A stretch of 25,188 bases of DNA from Candidatus Methylomirabilia bacterium. Lineage in GTDB: Bacteria > Methylomirabilota > Methylomirabilia > Rokubacteriales > CSP1-6. Location of the stretch: NCBI GenBank assembly GCA_041496385.1, contig JBGQEL010000057.1, positions 1 to 25,188 of the forward strand, given 5' to 3'. The position numbers were made by a program, and so were the translations under genes. Shown here piece after piece: positions 1 to 8,243 of the stretch (position 1 is its first letter; the number at the start of each line of letters is the position of its first letter). The notes under the pieces are model-generated. The model saw nothing but the letters and a program-made list of their open reading frames with translations, had not been told where the DNA came from and searched no databases.

Positions 1-69
1 GCGACGCACCTTCTCCCGGATCGCCTCGATCCCGGGGCTCTCCCCGAGAAGGTTGGTCAAGATTTTCAT
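1..69 (-). CDS. Partial (5' end only) probable sigma-54-dependent transcriptional activator (enhancer-binding protein)
   Basis: The minus strand from ATG 69 (alternative in-frame ATG 81) reads MKILTNLLGESPGIEAIREKVRR. This resembles the 'lvGeSp.m..vre.i.r' entry into the sigma-54 activator AAA+ domain. It runs off the window and is divergent from a -24/-12 motif. Confidence 0.65.
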   Translation of the reverse strand, partial: MKILTNLLGESPGIEAIREKVRR

Positions 70-91
70 AGTCCACCGCATCTTATCCCAC

Positions 92-132
92 TGGTCAATT
101 CGGTGTTCAACACTTGACCACTGACCGGTCAG
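92..132. promoter_or_regulatory. Candidate upstream activator/operator palindromes
   Basis: Inverted repeat TGGTCAA(92-98)-N15-TTGACCA(114-120), inner GTGTT-C-AACAC (103-113), and perfect 12-bp palindrome CTGACCGGTCAG (121-132). They lie about 75-115 bp upstream of the predicted sigma-54 start site. Confidence 0.45.
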
Positions 133-152
133 GCCATGCCAACGGTACAAGA

Positions 153-165
153 TAAGTCCCTGATT
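153..165 (-). promoter_or_regulatory. IHF-like binding site
   Basis: The reverse strand reads AATCAG-GGAC-TTA, matching WATCAR-N4-TTR. It sits at about -43 to -55, between the palindromes and the -24/-12 box. Confidence 0.5.
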
Positions 166-181
166 CTACAGGACGAGTCTC

Positions 182-196
182 TGGTACCAGGGTTGC
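182..196 (+). promoter_or_regulatory. Sigma-54 (-24/-12) promoter
   Basis: TGGTACCAGGGTTGC has exact GG-N10-GC spacing and is close to the consensus TGGCAC-N5-TTGC. It is adjacent to a divergent EBP-like gene. Confidence 0.7.
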
Positions 197-298
197 GTGA
201 TGTCTCTGCCCATGAGCCTCTACTCGACGACCATAAGCCAGGCAGGAACCACGAAGCGGGTGCGTGATCGGGTGCCAGCCCGGAGCGAGGAGGGGCCT

Positions 299-862
299 AT
301 GAGACCGTTCATGCTCGCCGTCGCCTCGACGCTCGCGCTCATGCTGCTGCTCGGCGCCGTGAGCGACGCCCTGGCGAGCCACGCGCTCGCCGGCGAAGCG
401 CAGATCGCCTGGCAAGCGCAGCTCGACCGGATGGACGAGGCCCTCGGCCGGAACGCCCAGGACGACGCCGCCCTGTTCTGGCGCGAGGCCTACGCGGCGG
501 CGCTTCGTACCCGGCACTGGCAGGGGATGGTCGCCGTCGGCGACGCCTACCGGCGGCTCGGCGCCCGCGGGGGGTTCGCGCGGGTGTCCGACGCCAAGGC
601 GCGCGAAGCGTACCGCGCCGCGCTCTTCCGCGCACGCGAGGAGGGCTCGCTCGAAGGCGTGCTGCGCGTGGCGGAGGCGTTCGCCGAGCTCGGCGATCGG
701 GCGATCGTCGAGCGGTGCATCAGCGTCGCGCGGACGATCGCGTCGCAGGCGCACGACGGGCGCGCCGACGAGCGTGTGCGCGGCTTCGCCGAGCGCTGGG
801 AGGCCCGACGGCTCGAGGTCGAGAAGCGGAACGGTGCCGGCAGACAGGGGACGATCCAGTGA
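299..862 (+). CDS. Hypothetical all-helical (TPR-like) protein with N-terminal signal peptide/membrane anchor
   Basis: ATG 299 follows GAGGAGGGG. Hydrophobic N-terminus MRPFMLAVASTLALMLLLGAVSDALA. Clear paralog of 1002..1520. Confidence 0.8.
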   Translation: MRPFMLAVASTLALMLLLGAVSDALASHALAGEAQIAWQAQLDRMDEALGRNAQDDAALFWREAYAAALRTRHWQGMVAVGDAYRRLGARGGFARVSDAKAREAYRAALFRAREEGSLEGVLRVAEAFAELGDRAIVERCISVARTIASQAHDGRADERVRGFAERWEARRLEVEKRNGAGRQGTIQ

Positions 863-1005
863 GCACGCCGGCACCGGACCACGAAGGCCGCGTCGTGAGC
901 CCCAGGGCCGTGCTCGCCGTCGCGGCGGCGGTCACCGTTCTCGTCCTCGCGATCGTGGAAGCCATGGCCAACTTCAAGCTCATTCAGGGAGGACTGCTCC
1001 GATGA
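859..1005 (+). CDS. Small (48 aa) single-TM hypothetical protein
   Basis: GTGA overlap with the upstream stop and ATGA overlap with the downstream start. Hydrophobic segment AVLAVAAAVTVLVLAIVEAMA. Confidence 0.6.
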   Translation: MSTPAPDHEGRVVSPRAVLAVAAAVTVLVLAIVEAMANFKLIQGGLLR

Positions 1006-1520
1006 CGACGATCCTGGCGACCGAATCGACCGGGCCCTGGCGCGACTACATCCGCGCGATGGACGAGGCGCTCGCGGAGACGAACGCGACCTCAGCGGTG
1101 CGCGCCTGGCGCAACGCCTACGCGGCGGCGCTCGGCACGCCCGGATGGCGCGGGCTCGTGGAGGTGGCCGACGCCTCGCTGCGCATCGGCGCCATTCCGG
1201 GCTTCGGCAAGGCGTCGGAAGCCCGGGCGCGCGAGACATACTGGACCGCGCTGTTCCGCGCGCGCCAGCAGGGATCGCTCAACGGCGTCATCGAGACCGC
1301 CGAGGCCTTCGGGGCGCTCGGCGACCGCCCGATGGTCGAGCAGTGCATCCGCGTGGCCGAGAGTCTCGCGGCGGTCGACGGTGACGAGCGCGCGGCCGAC
1401 CGCGTGCGCGGGCTCGCGACGAGCCTCGCCGCCCGCGTCCTGGATGCGCCGCGCGCGGAGGCGGCGGGCTCGTCGAACCCGGGCGCGATCTCAGTAGCGT
1501 TGCCGGCCGGTGGGGCGTGA
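1002..1520 (+). CDS. Hypothetical all-helical protein, signal-less paralog of 299..862
   Basis: ATG 1002 follows GGGAGG. Shares MDEAL, WRxAYAAAL, ARExYxxALFRAR, GSLxGV, AEAFxxLGDR and VExCIxVA with the 299..862 product. Confidence 0.8.
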   Translation: MTTILATESTGPWRDYIRAMDEALAETNATSAVRAWRNAYAAALGTPGWRGLVEVADASLRIGAIPGFGKASEARARETYWTALFRARQQGSLNGVIETAEAFGALGDRPMVEQCIRVAESLAAVDGDERAADRVRGLATSLAARVLDAPRAEAAGSSNPGAISVALPAGGA

Positions 1521-1757
1521 GAGCGGATCGGGGCGCTGCTGCGGATCAGCCTTGCCCGGCTGGACGGCGACCCAGCCGCGGCTTCTCATGCACTCGTCGT
1601 CGAGCTTGCCGCTCCGCGAGCACTCGCGGTAGTCCCGGCGGAACTCTTCCGTCGTGTACTTCTGGTCCAGCTTCATCCATTCGCGATCGTCGGTGGAGCA
1701 GCCGGACACCACGACGACCATCAACCCCGCGCCGATGAGGAGCCGCGCGCGTCGCAT
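1491..1757 (-). CDS. Small hypothetical lipoprotein (88 aa)
   Basis: MRRARLLIGAGLMVVVVSG-C has a basic N-region, hydrophobic core and lipobox-like VSGC. The mature part has two more Cys (DYREC...DECMRSRGW). A TACAAT box lies at 1772-1767. Confidence 0.75.
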   Translation of the reverse strand: MRRARLLIGAGLMVVVVSGCSTDDREWMKLDQKYTTEEFRRDYRECSRSGKLDDECMRSRGWVAVQPGKADPQQRPDPLSRPTGRQRY

Positions 1758-1786
1758 GCGCCCGGCATTGTACCGCGGCGAGTTTC

Positions 1787-2815
1787 TCACCCTCGTGGAG
1801 AACCGCCGCCGGAGGGCGTGGGCGGCCTGAAGAGCACATAGCCGATGCCGGCGCGCTCCAGCCAGACGCGTCGAAGCTCGTCGAGCCGGTAGCGTCGGGG
1901 CACGGCATCTGCGTGCGGCGCGGCGGGATCGTTCACCAGGACGACGTCGTTCTCCCAGCCGGTCAGCACCAACAAGTGTCCCGTCGTCTCGGCGATCGCC
2001 GCATCCGTGAGCTCGCCCGGGCCGTAGCGGACCGACGCGACGATCGGCAGGCCACGCGCCAGGCACCACGCGGCCGATTCCCAGTCCGGGAATCGCAGGA
2101 GGTAGCCCGCCACGCCGTGCCGACCGGCGGCGTGGATCGCCGCCGGCCAGACGCCGTAGCGATCGAGGGCCGGGTGGAAGATCTCGCGGGCGAGCGCCGC
2201 GACCTCGACGGGCCGCCCGTGATACGCGAGCACCATCGCCACGCTCGTGGGCGAGCAGATCTGCAGGCGGATCGCCTCCGCCTCGCCCATCTGCGAGAGC
2301 GCGGGCACCGCGAGGCGGGCGGGGGGTCCGGAGGCGCGCGTCACGCGCTCCGGTGCCTCCCCGTCCCACGCCGAGAGGGCGACGAGCCACGGCGCGTCGA
2401 GCAGCGTCCGCCCGTCCCGCCCGTGGAGACGAAGCCGCAGGCGCACGGCCTCGACCGGCACGGTGGTGGTGAACTCGTCGACGTCGGCGGCGAGACACTC
2501 CTCGCGCGCGGGCATCGGCTCGAACCCGTCCGGGCCGATGGACGCGCCGGCCACCCACTGGGACCACCGGGCGCCGGCGCGGACCGACAGCTCGAACCGG
2601 AAGCTCGCGTCGCCACGCGCGAGCGCGACGAACGATGGCACCAGATGGCGTGCGGGGCGACGCGGCCGCCACTCCGGAAGCTCGAGGCAGAGCGCGGCGC
2701 CCTCGTGCCGTGGCGCAGGCGCGAGCTCGATCTCCCGCCGGCACGCGGGCGGAACGATGTCCGCGAGCGCGGCGAGCGGCCAGCCGGATGCGGCGAGGAA
2801 GAGATCGGTCGTCAT
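1787..2815 (-). CDS. C39-like cysteine peptidase family protein
   Basis: Motifs VPALSQ, ICSPTSVAMVLAY (catalytic Cys), GHLLVLTG (His) and VLVNDPA (Asp). Start placed at ATG 2815. Confidence 0.8.
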   Translation of the reverse strand: MTTDLFLAASGWPLAALADIVPPACRREIELAPAPRHEGAALCLELPEWRPRRPARHLVPSFVALARGDASFRFELSVRAGARWSQWVAGASIGPDGFEPMPAREECLAADVDEFTTTVPVEAVRLRLRLHGRDGRTLLDAPWLVALSAWDGEAPERVTRASGPPARLAVPALSQMGEAEAIRLQICSPTSVAMVLAYHGRPVEVAALAREIFHPALDRYGVWPAAIHAAGRHGVAGYLLRFPDWESAAWCLARGLPIVASVRYGPGELTDAAIAETTGHLLVLTGWENDVVLVNDPAAPHADAVPRRYRLDELRRVWLERAGIGYVLFRPPTPSGGGSPRG

Positions 2816-2840
2816 GGTGAGTGGCGGGCGGTGTCGGGGG

Positions 2841-2865
2841 CGTGGGCGGGCGCAGCCCGCCCACG
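2841..2865. repeat. Perfect GC-rich hairpin, REP-like
   Basis: CGTGGGCGGGC-GCA-GCCCGCCCACG, an 11-bp perfect stem with a GCA triloop and no U-tract. Single copy in this window. Confidence 0.5.
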
Positions 2866-2957
2866 GCATCCCCTCATTCGTGTTGCGCAGGCTTGGCTGC
2901 GCGTCCCGGCACACGCCGGGATTCGGTACTGCGCGACTCCGGCGCCGTTCGGTGCCG

Positions 2958-3008
2958 CTAGCAGGCCCCCGACGACGCAGCCGTTAGGTCCGGTGGCGGG
3001 GTCTCCAT
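2958..3008 (-). CDS. Putative 16-aa small ORF/leader peptide METPPPDLTAASSGAC
   Basis: Perfect Shine-Dalgarno AGGAGG (3019-3014) 5 nt before ATG 3008, with stop TAG at 2960-2958. No homology evidence. Confidence 0.35.
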   Translation of the reverse strand: METPPPDLTAASSGAC

Positions 3009-3104
3009 CCACACCTCCTGGCTAAGTAGTCCCGAGACGGCGCCCGGAGCGTCCTCCGCGCGCCGTATCTCCTCTCTACTCCCGCGCCGGAAACGCGTCA
3101 AGTC

Positions 3105-4040
3105 TCACCTGGCGCCGCCTCTCAGGCGCGGGTCGAGCACGTCACGCAGTGCGTCGCCGAGCATGTTGAAGCCGAAGACCGCGAGCGAGATCGCGGCGCC
3201 GGGCCAGACCGCCATCCAGGGCGCGCGGAACATGTACGTGCGGCCGGAGCCCGACAGCATCGCGCCCCACGAGGGATAGGGCGGCGGCACGCCGAAGCCG
3301 AGGAACGAGAGCGCCGACTCGGCCAGGATCGCCGCGCCGAGGCCGATCGTGGCGAGGATGATGACCGTCGGGGCCACGTTCGGCAGGATGTGGCGCGCGA
3401 TGATCCGCGCGTGCCCGCAGCCGAGCGCCCGCGCCGCCTCGACGTACGCGCTCTGCGCCACGGAGATCGTCGCCCCGCGGATGACGCGCGAGTTGGTGGC
3501 GGCGATGAGGACGGCGAGCGAGAGCACGACGTTCAGCAGGCCCGGGCCGAGGACCGCCATCAGCGAGAGAATGATCACGAGGTACGGGAACGAGAGCCAG
3601 GCGTCCACGATCCGCTGGACGACGAGGTCGTAGGCCCCGCCGAAGTACCCGCTCGAGACGCCGACCGCCGTCGCGAGCAGGACGGCGAGCCCGATCGTCG
3701 CGAAGCCCACGGTGATCGACACCCGCGCGCCGTACACGATCCGGCTCCACATGTCGCGCGAGAGATTGTCGGTGCCGAGCCAGTGTGCGGCCGAGGGCGC
3801 CTTCATGCGCGCGCCGCGCACGGTCTCGTCGTAGCCGTAGGGCGCGATGCGCTCGGCGAAGACCGCCATCAGGAGCATCGCGATCACGATCACGCCGCCG
3901 AGGGCGCCGAGCGGCTTGCGCCGCGCGAAGCGCGTCCCCGCGGCGGCCCAGCGGGCCGGCGCGGACCCGCCCCGCGCCGACGCGCGCGCGCCGTCGAGCA
4001 CGCTGAGGCTAGTAGCGGATTCGGGGATCGAGGACGGCAT
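3105..4040 (-). CDS. Peptide/nickel ABC transporter permease (DppC/OppC family)
   Basis: HWLGTDNLSRDMWSRIVYGAR, EAA loop YVEAARALG, ESALSFLGFG and FNMLGDALRDVLDPR. The true start may be GTG 4001. Confidence 0.93.
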   Translation of the reverse strand: MPSSIPESATSLSVLDGARASARGGSAPARWAAAGTRFARRKPLGALGGVIVIAMLLMAVFAERIAPYGYDETVRGARMKAPSAAHWLGTDNLSRDMWSRIVYGARVSITVGFATIGLAVLLATAVGVSSGYFGGAYDLVVQRIVDAWLSFPYLVIILSLMAVLGPGLLNVVLSLAVLIAATNSRVIRGATISVAQSAYVEAARALGCGHARIIARHILPNVAPTVIILATIGLGAAILAESALSFLGFGVPPPYPSWGAMLSGSGRTYMFRAPWMAVWPGAAISLAVFGFNMLGDALRDVLDPRLRGGAR

Positions 4041-4953
4041 AGAGCGCGTCGACGCCGAGGTTGACGAGGACGATCGTGGAGACGACGACGAGGTTCACCC
4101 CCTGGATCACCGGGTAGTCTCGCTGGTTGATGGCGTCGAAGAGGAACCGGCTCATGCCGGGGAGCTGGAAGATCGTCTCGATGATGACCGTGCCGCCGAT
4201 CACCTGCGGCAGTTGCGTGCCGAGGAGGGTCACGACCGGGATGATCGCGTTGCGCAGCCCGTGCTTCATGATGATCGTGCGTTCGGCGAGCCCCTTCGCC
4301 CAGGCCGTGCGCACGTAGTCCTGGCGGAGCACCTCGAGCAGCATGCCGCGCGTGAGCCGCATGAGCGCCGCCGCGGCGGCGACGCCGAGGATCAGCGCGG
4401 GCAGCAGGAACTGGGCGACGTGCATCGCGGGGTTCTTCGCGAAGTCCGTGTACTCGGTGACGGGGCGCCAGCCCCACCAGATCGCGGGGAGCACGATGAC
4501 GAGCGTCGCGAGCCAGAAGCCGGGCACCGAGAGCCCCAGGATGGCCGCGCTCCGCGCAACGTAGTCCTGGAGCGTGTCCTGACGCGCGGCCGAGATGACG
4601 CCGACCGGCACGGCGATGATCAGGGCGAAGGCGAGCGCGAAGGCCGCCAGCTCCAGCGTGATCGGCAGGCGCTGGCCGATCTCCTCCAGCACGGGCCGCC
4701 GCGTCCAGAGCGATTCGCCCAGGTCGCCTCGGAACGCCCGTCCGAGCCACTCGACGTACTGGACGTGAAGGGCCCGGTCGAGCCCGAGCTTGGCGCGCAG
4801 CTCGTCGACGTCCTTGGCGTACGCCTTTTCCGCCAGCATGAGCTGGACGGCGTCGCCCGGGATCAGGCGCGGCAGCGTGAAGACGATCAACGACGCGATC
4901 GCGAGCGAGGGGACCGCGATCAGCAGCCGCTTGGCGAGGTAGCGCCTCAGCAA
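4009..4953 (-). CDS. Peptide/nickel ABC transporter permease (DppB/OppB family)
   Basis: GDLGESL, DYVRTAWAKGL, KHGLRNA, RDYPVIQG and LDPRIRY. TTG start. Confidence 0.93.
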   Translation of the reverse strand: MLRRYLAKRLLIAVPSLAIASLIVFTLPRLIPGDAVQLMLAEKAYAKDVDELRAKLGLDRALHVQYVEWLGRAFRGDLGESLWTRRPVLEEIGQRLPITLELAAFALAFALIIAVPVGVISAARQDTLQDYVARSAAILGLSVPGFWLATLVIVLPAIWWGWRPVTEYTDFAKNPAMHVAQFLLPALILGVAAAAALMRLTRGMLLEVLRQDYVRTAWAKGLAERTIIMKHGLRNAIIPVVTLLGTQLPQVIGGTVIIETIFQLPGMSRFLFDAINQRDYPVIQGVNLVVVSTIVLVNLGVDALYAVLDPRIRY

Positions 4954-4957
4954 CGCG

Positions 4958-6578
4958 TCAGCGATCGAGCCAGGCGGCCGTCAGGCGGCCGCCCAGGTCG
5001 TAGCCCAGATTCGGGCCGTAGTTCTTCAGCGCGTTCTCCCAGCAGGCGACGCTGAGCCCGGAGTGGATCTGCATGTAGTACTGCTGCCGGGCCAGGTGGC
5101 GCTGGATCTCGTGGATCAGCTCGCGCCGCCTGGCGACGTCGAAGGTGCGGCGCTGGCGGACGATCAGGTCCGTGACGACGGGGTCGTTGACCTGGCTCTG
5201 GTTCCGCGGCTCCCCCGGCATGTACTGGCCGAAGAGGTAGCCGTCGGGCTCGAGGAAGGTCGTCTGGGGACCGAACGCCATGGACTCGAACTTGCCGACG
5301 AAGCACGTGGCGAAGTAGGCGCCGTACTCCTTCTGGTCGAGCCGGGCGTCGATCCCCACGTCCTTGAGACCCTTGAGGACGAGCTGCGCCTGATCCACGA
5401 GGATGCTCGAGCCGTACGTCGTGAAGCACACGCTGGCCGGGAAGCCGTTGGGGTAGCCCGCGGCCGCGAGCAGCCGCTTCGCCTCGGCGAGGTCGTACTT
5501 GTAGTAGCGGGCGCCTTCGCCGAGCTGCGCGACCGGCAGGGACCACTCCTTGAGCGCCGCCGGCCACGGGTGGATTGAAGGCGCCGGTGCCCTCGGACGT
5601 GGCGTCCATCAGGCCCTGGCGGTCGACGGCGAGCGCGATGGCCTGCCGCACGCGGACGTCGCTGAACGGCGGACGGTCGGCCCGCATCGACAGGTGGCTC
5701 ATGATGTTCGCCACCACGTCCATGGTCCGGAGGTTCGGGCGCTTCTGCGCGACCGCGCTCCTGATCTGCGCCCACTCGGTCCGGAAGATCAGCCCGCCGT
5801 CGAAGCCGATGTCGTACTTGCCCGACAGGAACGCGGCGATCCGCGAGGCGCTATCCTCGTCCACCGGCGCCTCGATCCGCTCGATGTAGGGCTGGCCGGC
5901 GATGAAGTAGCTCGGATTGCGAACAAAGATCATGCCCTGATTCGGCCGGTAGCTCTCGAGCATCCACGGCCCGCTGCCGACGCAGGCCTCGACCTTCTTG
6001 AGGTCGCCGAACTTCTCGACGCACTCGCGGGCGACGATCGCGACCGCCATGGGGTTCGCGAGCATGTCGAGGAACCACGCGAAGGGCTCCTTCAGCGTGA
6101 ACTTCACGGTGTACTTGTCGAGGACCTCGACGCGGTCCACCGCGCGCAGCATGTACGCGTACGCGTTGCCCGTGACGGTCAGGAAGCGCTCGACGCTGTA
6201 GCGAACGTCCTCGGCGGTCAGCTCGCGCCCGTTCACGGGCGGCTTCGGCTGCCACCGGACGCCGCGGCGGAGCTTGAAGACGTACGTGGTCTCGCCGGGC
6301 TGGCTCCAGGACTCCGCGAGGTCACCCTCCAGCGGAAACGTCCCGGGGGTCACGCCCGGGCCGGCCTTGTGGCGCAGGAGGCGGCTGTGCGTGAACGAGA
6401 GCGTCGTGTGCGTCTTGAACGAGCTCGTGAGCATCGGATCGAAATGTGGTGGGTCGTAGCCGCGGATCGTGAGCGTCCCGCCCCGCTTCGGCGTCTGGGC
6501 CCGGGCGATCACGGGCGCCGCGAGACCCGCGGCGAGACCCGCGCCACCGAGCGCGAGGAGGCGACGGCGGGTCAGCAC
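4958..6578 (-). pseudogene. Family-5 ABC substrate-binding protein (Tat signal), interrupted by a +1 frameshift (pseudogene or sequence error)
   Basis: Starts at GTG 6578 (VLTRRRLLALGG...AQTPKRGG) and is colinear with its two paralogs. One extra base at 5564/5565 breaks NPPV|PAALKEW. Removing it restores the frame to ...AAWLDR and the stop at 4958. Confidence 0.85.
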
Positions 6579-6589
6579 GGCGCGGTGCC

Positions 6590-8233
6590 TCAACGGTCGA
6601 GCCAGGCGGCCGTGACGCGCCCGCCCAGGTCGTAGCCGATGTTGGGGCCGTAGTTCTTCAGCGCGCCGTCCCAGACCGAGACGTAGGTCTGGGACGGGAT
6701 CTGGACGTAGTACTGCTGCCTGGCGAGGTAGCGCTGAATCTCCCAGATGACCTCGCGCCGCTTGGCGACGTCGAATGTCCGCCGCTGGCGAACCAGCATG
6801 TCGGCGACGATGGGATCGTTGATGTGGCTCTGGTTCTTCGGCTCGCCCGGGTAGTACTGGGCGAAGAGGAAGTTGTCGGGATCGAGGAACGGCGTCTGGG
6901 GTCCGAAGGTCATCGAGGGAAAGTTGCCGTTGAAGCAGGTCGCGATGTACGCGCCGTATTCCTTGGTGTCGAGCCGCGCGTCGATGCCGACGTCCTTCAG
7001 GTACTTGAGAACGAGCTGGGCCTGATCGACGAGCACGGTCGAGCCGTAGGTCGCGAAGCAGAGCTGACCCGCGAAGCCGCCGGGGTAGCCGGCCGCCGCC
7101 AACAGCCGCTTGGCCTCGGCCGGGTCGTGCCGGTAGTACCGGGCGCCCTCGCCGAGCTGGCTCATCGGGATCGTCCACTCGCGCAGCGCGGCCGGCACGG
7201 GCGGGTTGTACTCCGCCACCCCCTCGTAGGTCGCGTCGACGATGGCCTGGCGATCGATGGCCAGCGACATGGCGTGGCGCACGCGCGCGTCGCTGAAGGG
7301 CTTCTGGTCGGTCCGCATCGAGATGTGGTTCATCACGTTCGCGGGGAATTCGAGCGTCCGCAGATTGGGACGCTTCTGCCTGAGCGTGTCCTTGATCTGC
7401 ACCCAGTCCGTCCGGTTGACGTTGCCCGCGGCCGTCTCCACGCCGACGTCGTACTTGCCGGTGAGGAAGGCGGCCACGCGCGAGGCAGTGTCCTCGTCGA
7501 CGGTCGCCTCGACGCGGTCGATGTACGGCAGCCCCGGGAGGAAGTAGCCCGGGTGGCGGACCAGGGTGAACCCCGAGCCGGGGCGGTAGGTCTCGAGCAT
7601 CCAGGGGCCCGTCCCGATGACGGCCTCGGGCCTCCTGAGGTCGCCGAACTTCTCGACCGCCTCGTGCGCCACGATCGCGATCGCCATCGGCGAGGCGAGC
7701 ATGTCGAGGAACCACGCGAACGGCTCCCGGAGCGTGAACTTCACGGTGTACCGGTCGAGCGCCTCGACCTTCTCGACGGACCGGAGCATGGAGGCGTTCG
7801 AGTTGCCCTTCACCGTCAGGAATCGCTCGATCGAGTACTTGACGTCCTCGGCCGTGAGCTCCCGGCCGTTGATCGGGGGCTTGTTGTGCCATCGGACACC
7901 GCGCCGCAGCTTGAAGACGTACGTCGTCTCGTTCGGCTGGGTCCACGACTCGGCCAGGTCGCCCTCGAGCGGGAACGTGCCCGGCTGGATGCCCGGGCCT
8001 GCCTTCGGCCGGACGAGCCGGCTGTGCGTGAACGAGAGCGCGACGTTCGTCTTGTACGAGATGATCAGCATGTGGTCGAAGTGCGGCGGATCCCACAGCC
8101 GGAGCGACAGCGTGCCGCCCCGCTTCGGCGTCTGTGCCCGAGCGCGCGGCGGAGCCACCGCCGCGCCGGCGAGCGCGGCGCCGCCGAGCCTGAGAAGATC
8201 GCGCCGGCTGAGGTCCAGGGAGCGGCTCTTCAC
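6590..8233 (-). CDS. Family-5 (DppA/OppA-like) ABC substrate-binding protein, Tat-exported
   Basis: Twin-arginine SRRDLL, AQTPKRGGTL, GDLAESW, FKLRRGVRWH, ELTAEDVKYS, GTGPW and PFSDARVRHAMSLAIDR. Start placed at GTG 8233. Confidence 0.92.
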   Translation of the reverse strand: MKSRSLDLSRRDLLRLGGAALAGAAVAPPRARAQTPKRGGTLSLRLWDPPHFDHMLIISYKTNVALSFTHSRLVRPKAGPGIQPGTFPLEGDLAESWTQPNETTYVFKLRRGVRWHNKPPINGRELTAEDVKYSIERFLTVKGNSNASMLRSVEKVEALDRYTVKFTLREPFAWFLDMLASPMAIAIVAHEAVEKFGDLRRPEAVIGTGPWMLETYRPGSGFTLVRHPGYFLPGLPYIDRVEATVDEDTASRVAAFLTGKYDVGVETAAGNVNRTDWVQIKDTLRQKRPNLRTLEFPANVMNHISMRTDQKPFSDARVRHAMSLAIDRQAIVDATYEGVAEYNPPVPAALREWTIPMSQLGEGARYYRHDPAEAKRLLAAAGYPGGFAGQLCFATYGSTVLVDQAQLVLKYLKDVGIDARLDTKEYGAYIATCFNGNFPSMTFGPQTPFLDPDNFLFAQYYPGEPKNQSHINDPIVADMLVRQRRTFDVAKRREVIWEIQRYLARQQYYVQIPSQTYVSVWDGALKNYGPNIGYDLGGRVTAAWLDR

Positions 8234-8243
8234 CGGCGCCCGC

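Noticed and set aside
2956..2966. 11-mer CGCTAGCAGGC shared with the IS junction at 25047-25057
   Set aside because: The match stops before the TIR core (TGCTGAAAAA) and is short enough to be chance in GC-rich DNA.
2812..3012. 66-aa ORF (VVGG, four Cys, stop overlapping the peptidase ATG) as a double-glycine RiPP precursor
   Set aside because: Its GTG abuts the Shine-Dalgarno with no spacing, it runs through GC hairpins, it lacks a convincing leader motif, and no modification or export genes are nearby. The ATGA overlap is noted but insufficient.
2816..3104. tmRNA, tRNA, SRP RNA, RNase P RNA or a known riboswitch
   Set aside because: I see no tRNA-like ends, ALAA-type tag peptide or recognisable conserved aptamer motif. 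An Rfam scan is needed to exclude them.
4947..8096. 1049-aa ORF as one giant protein
   Set aside because: Only 6578 to about 5565 is real (N-terminal part of the third binding protein). The rest is off-frame read-through. The long N-terminal extensions of 8244..11198, 17749..19467 and 17917..19869 are likewise spurious.
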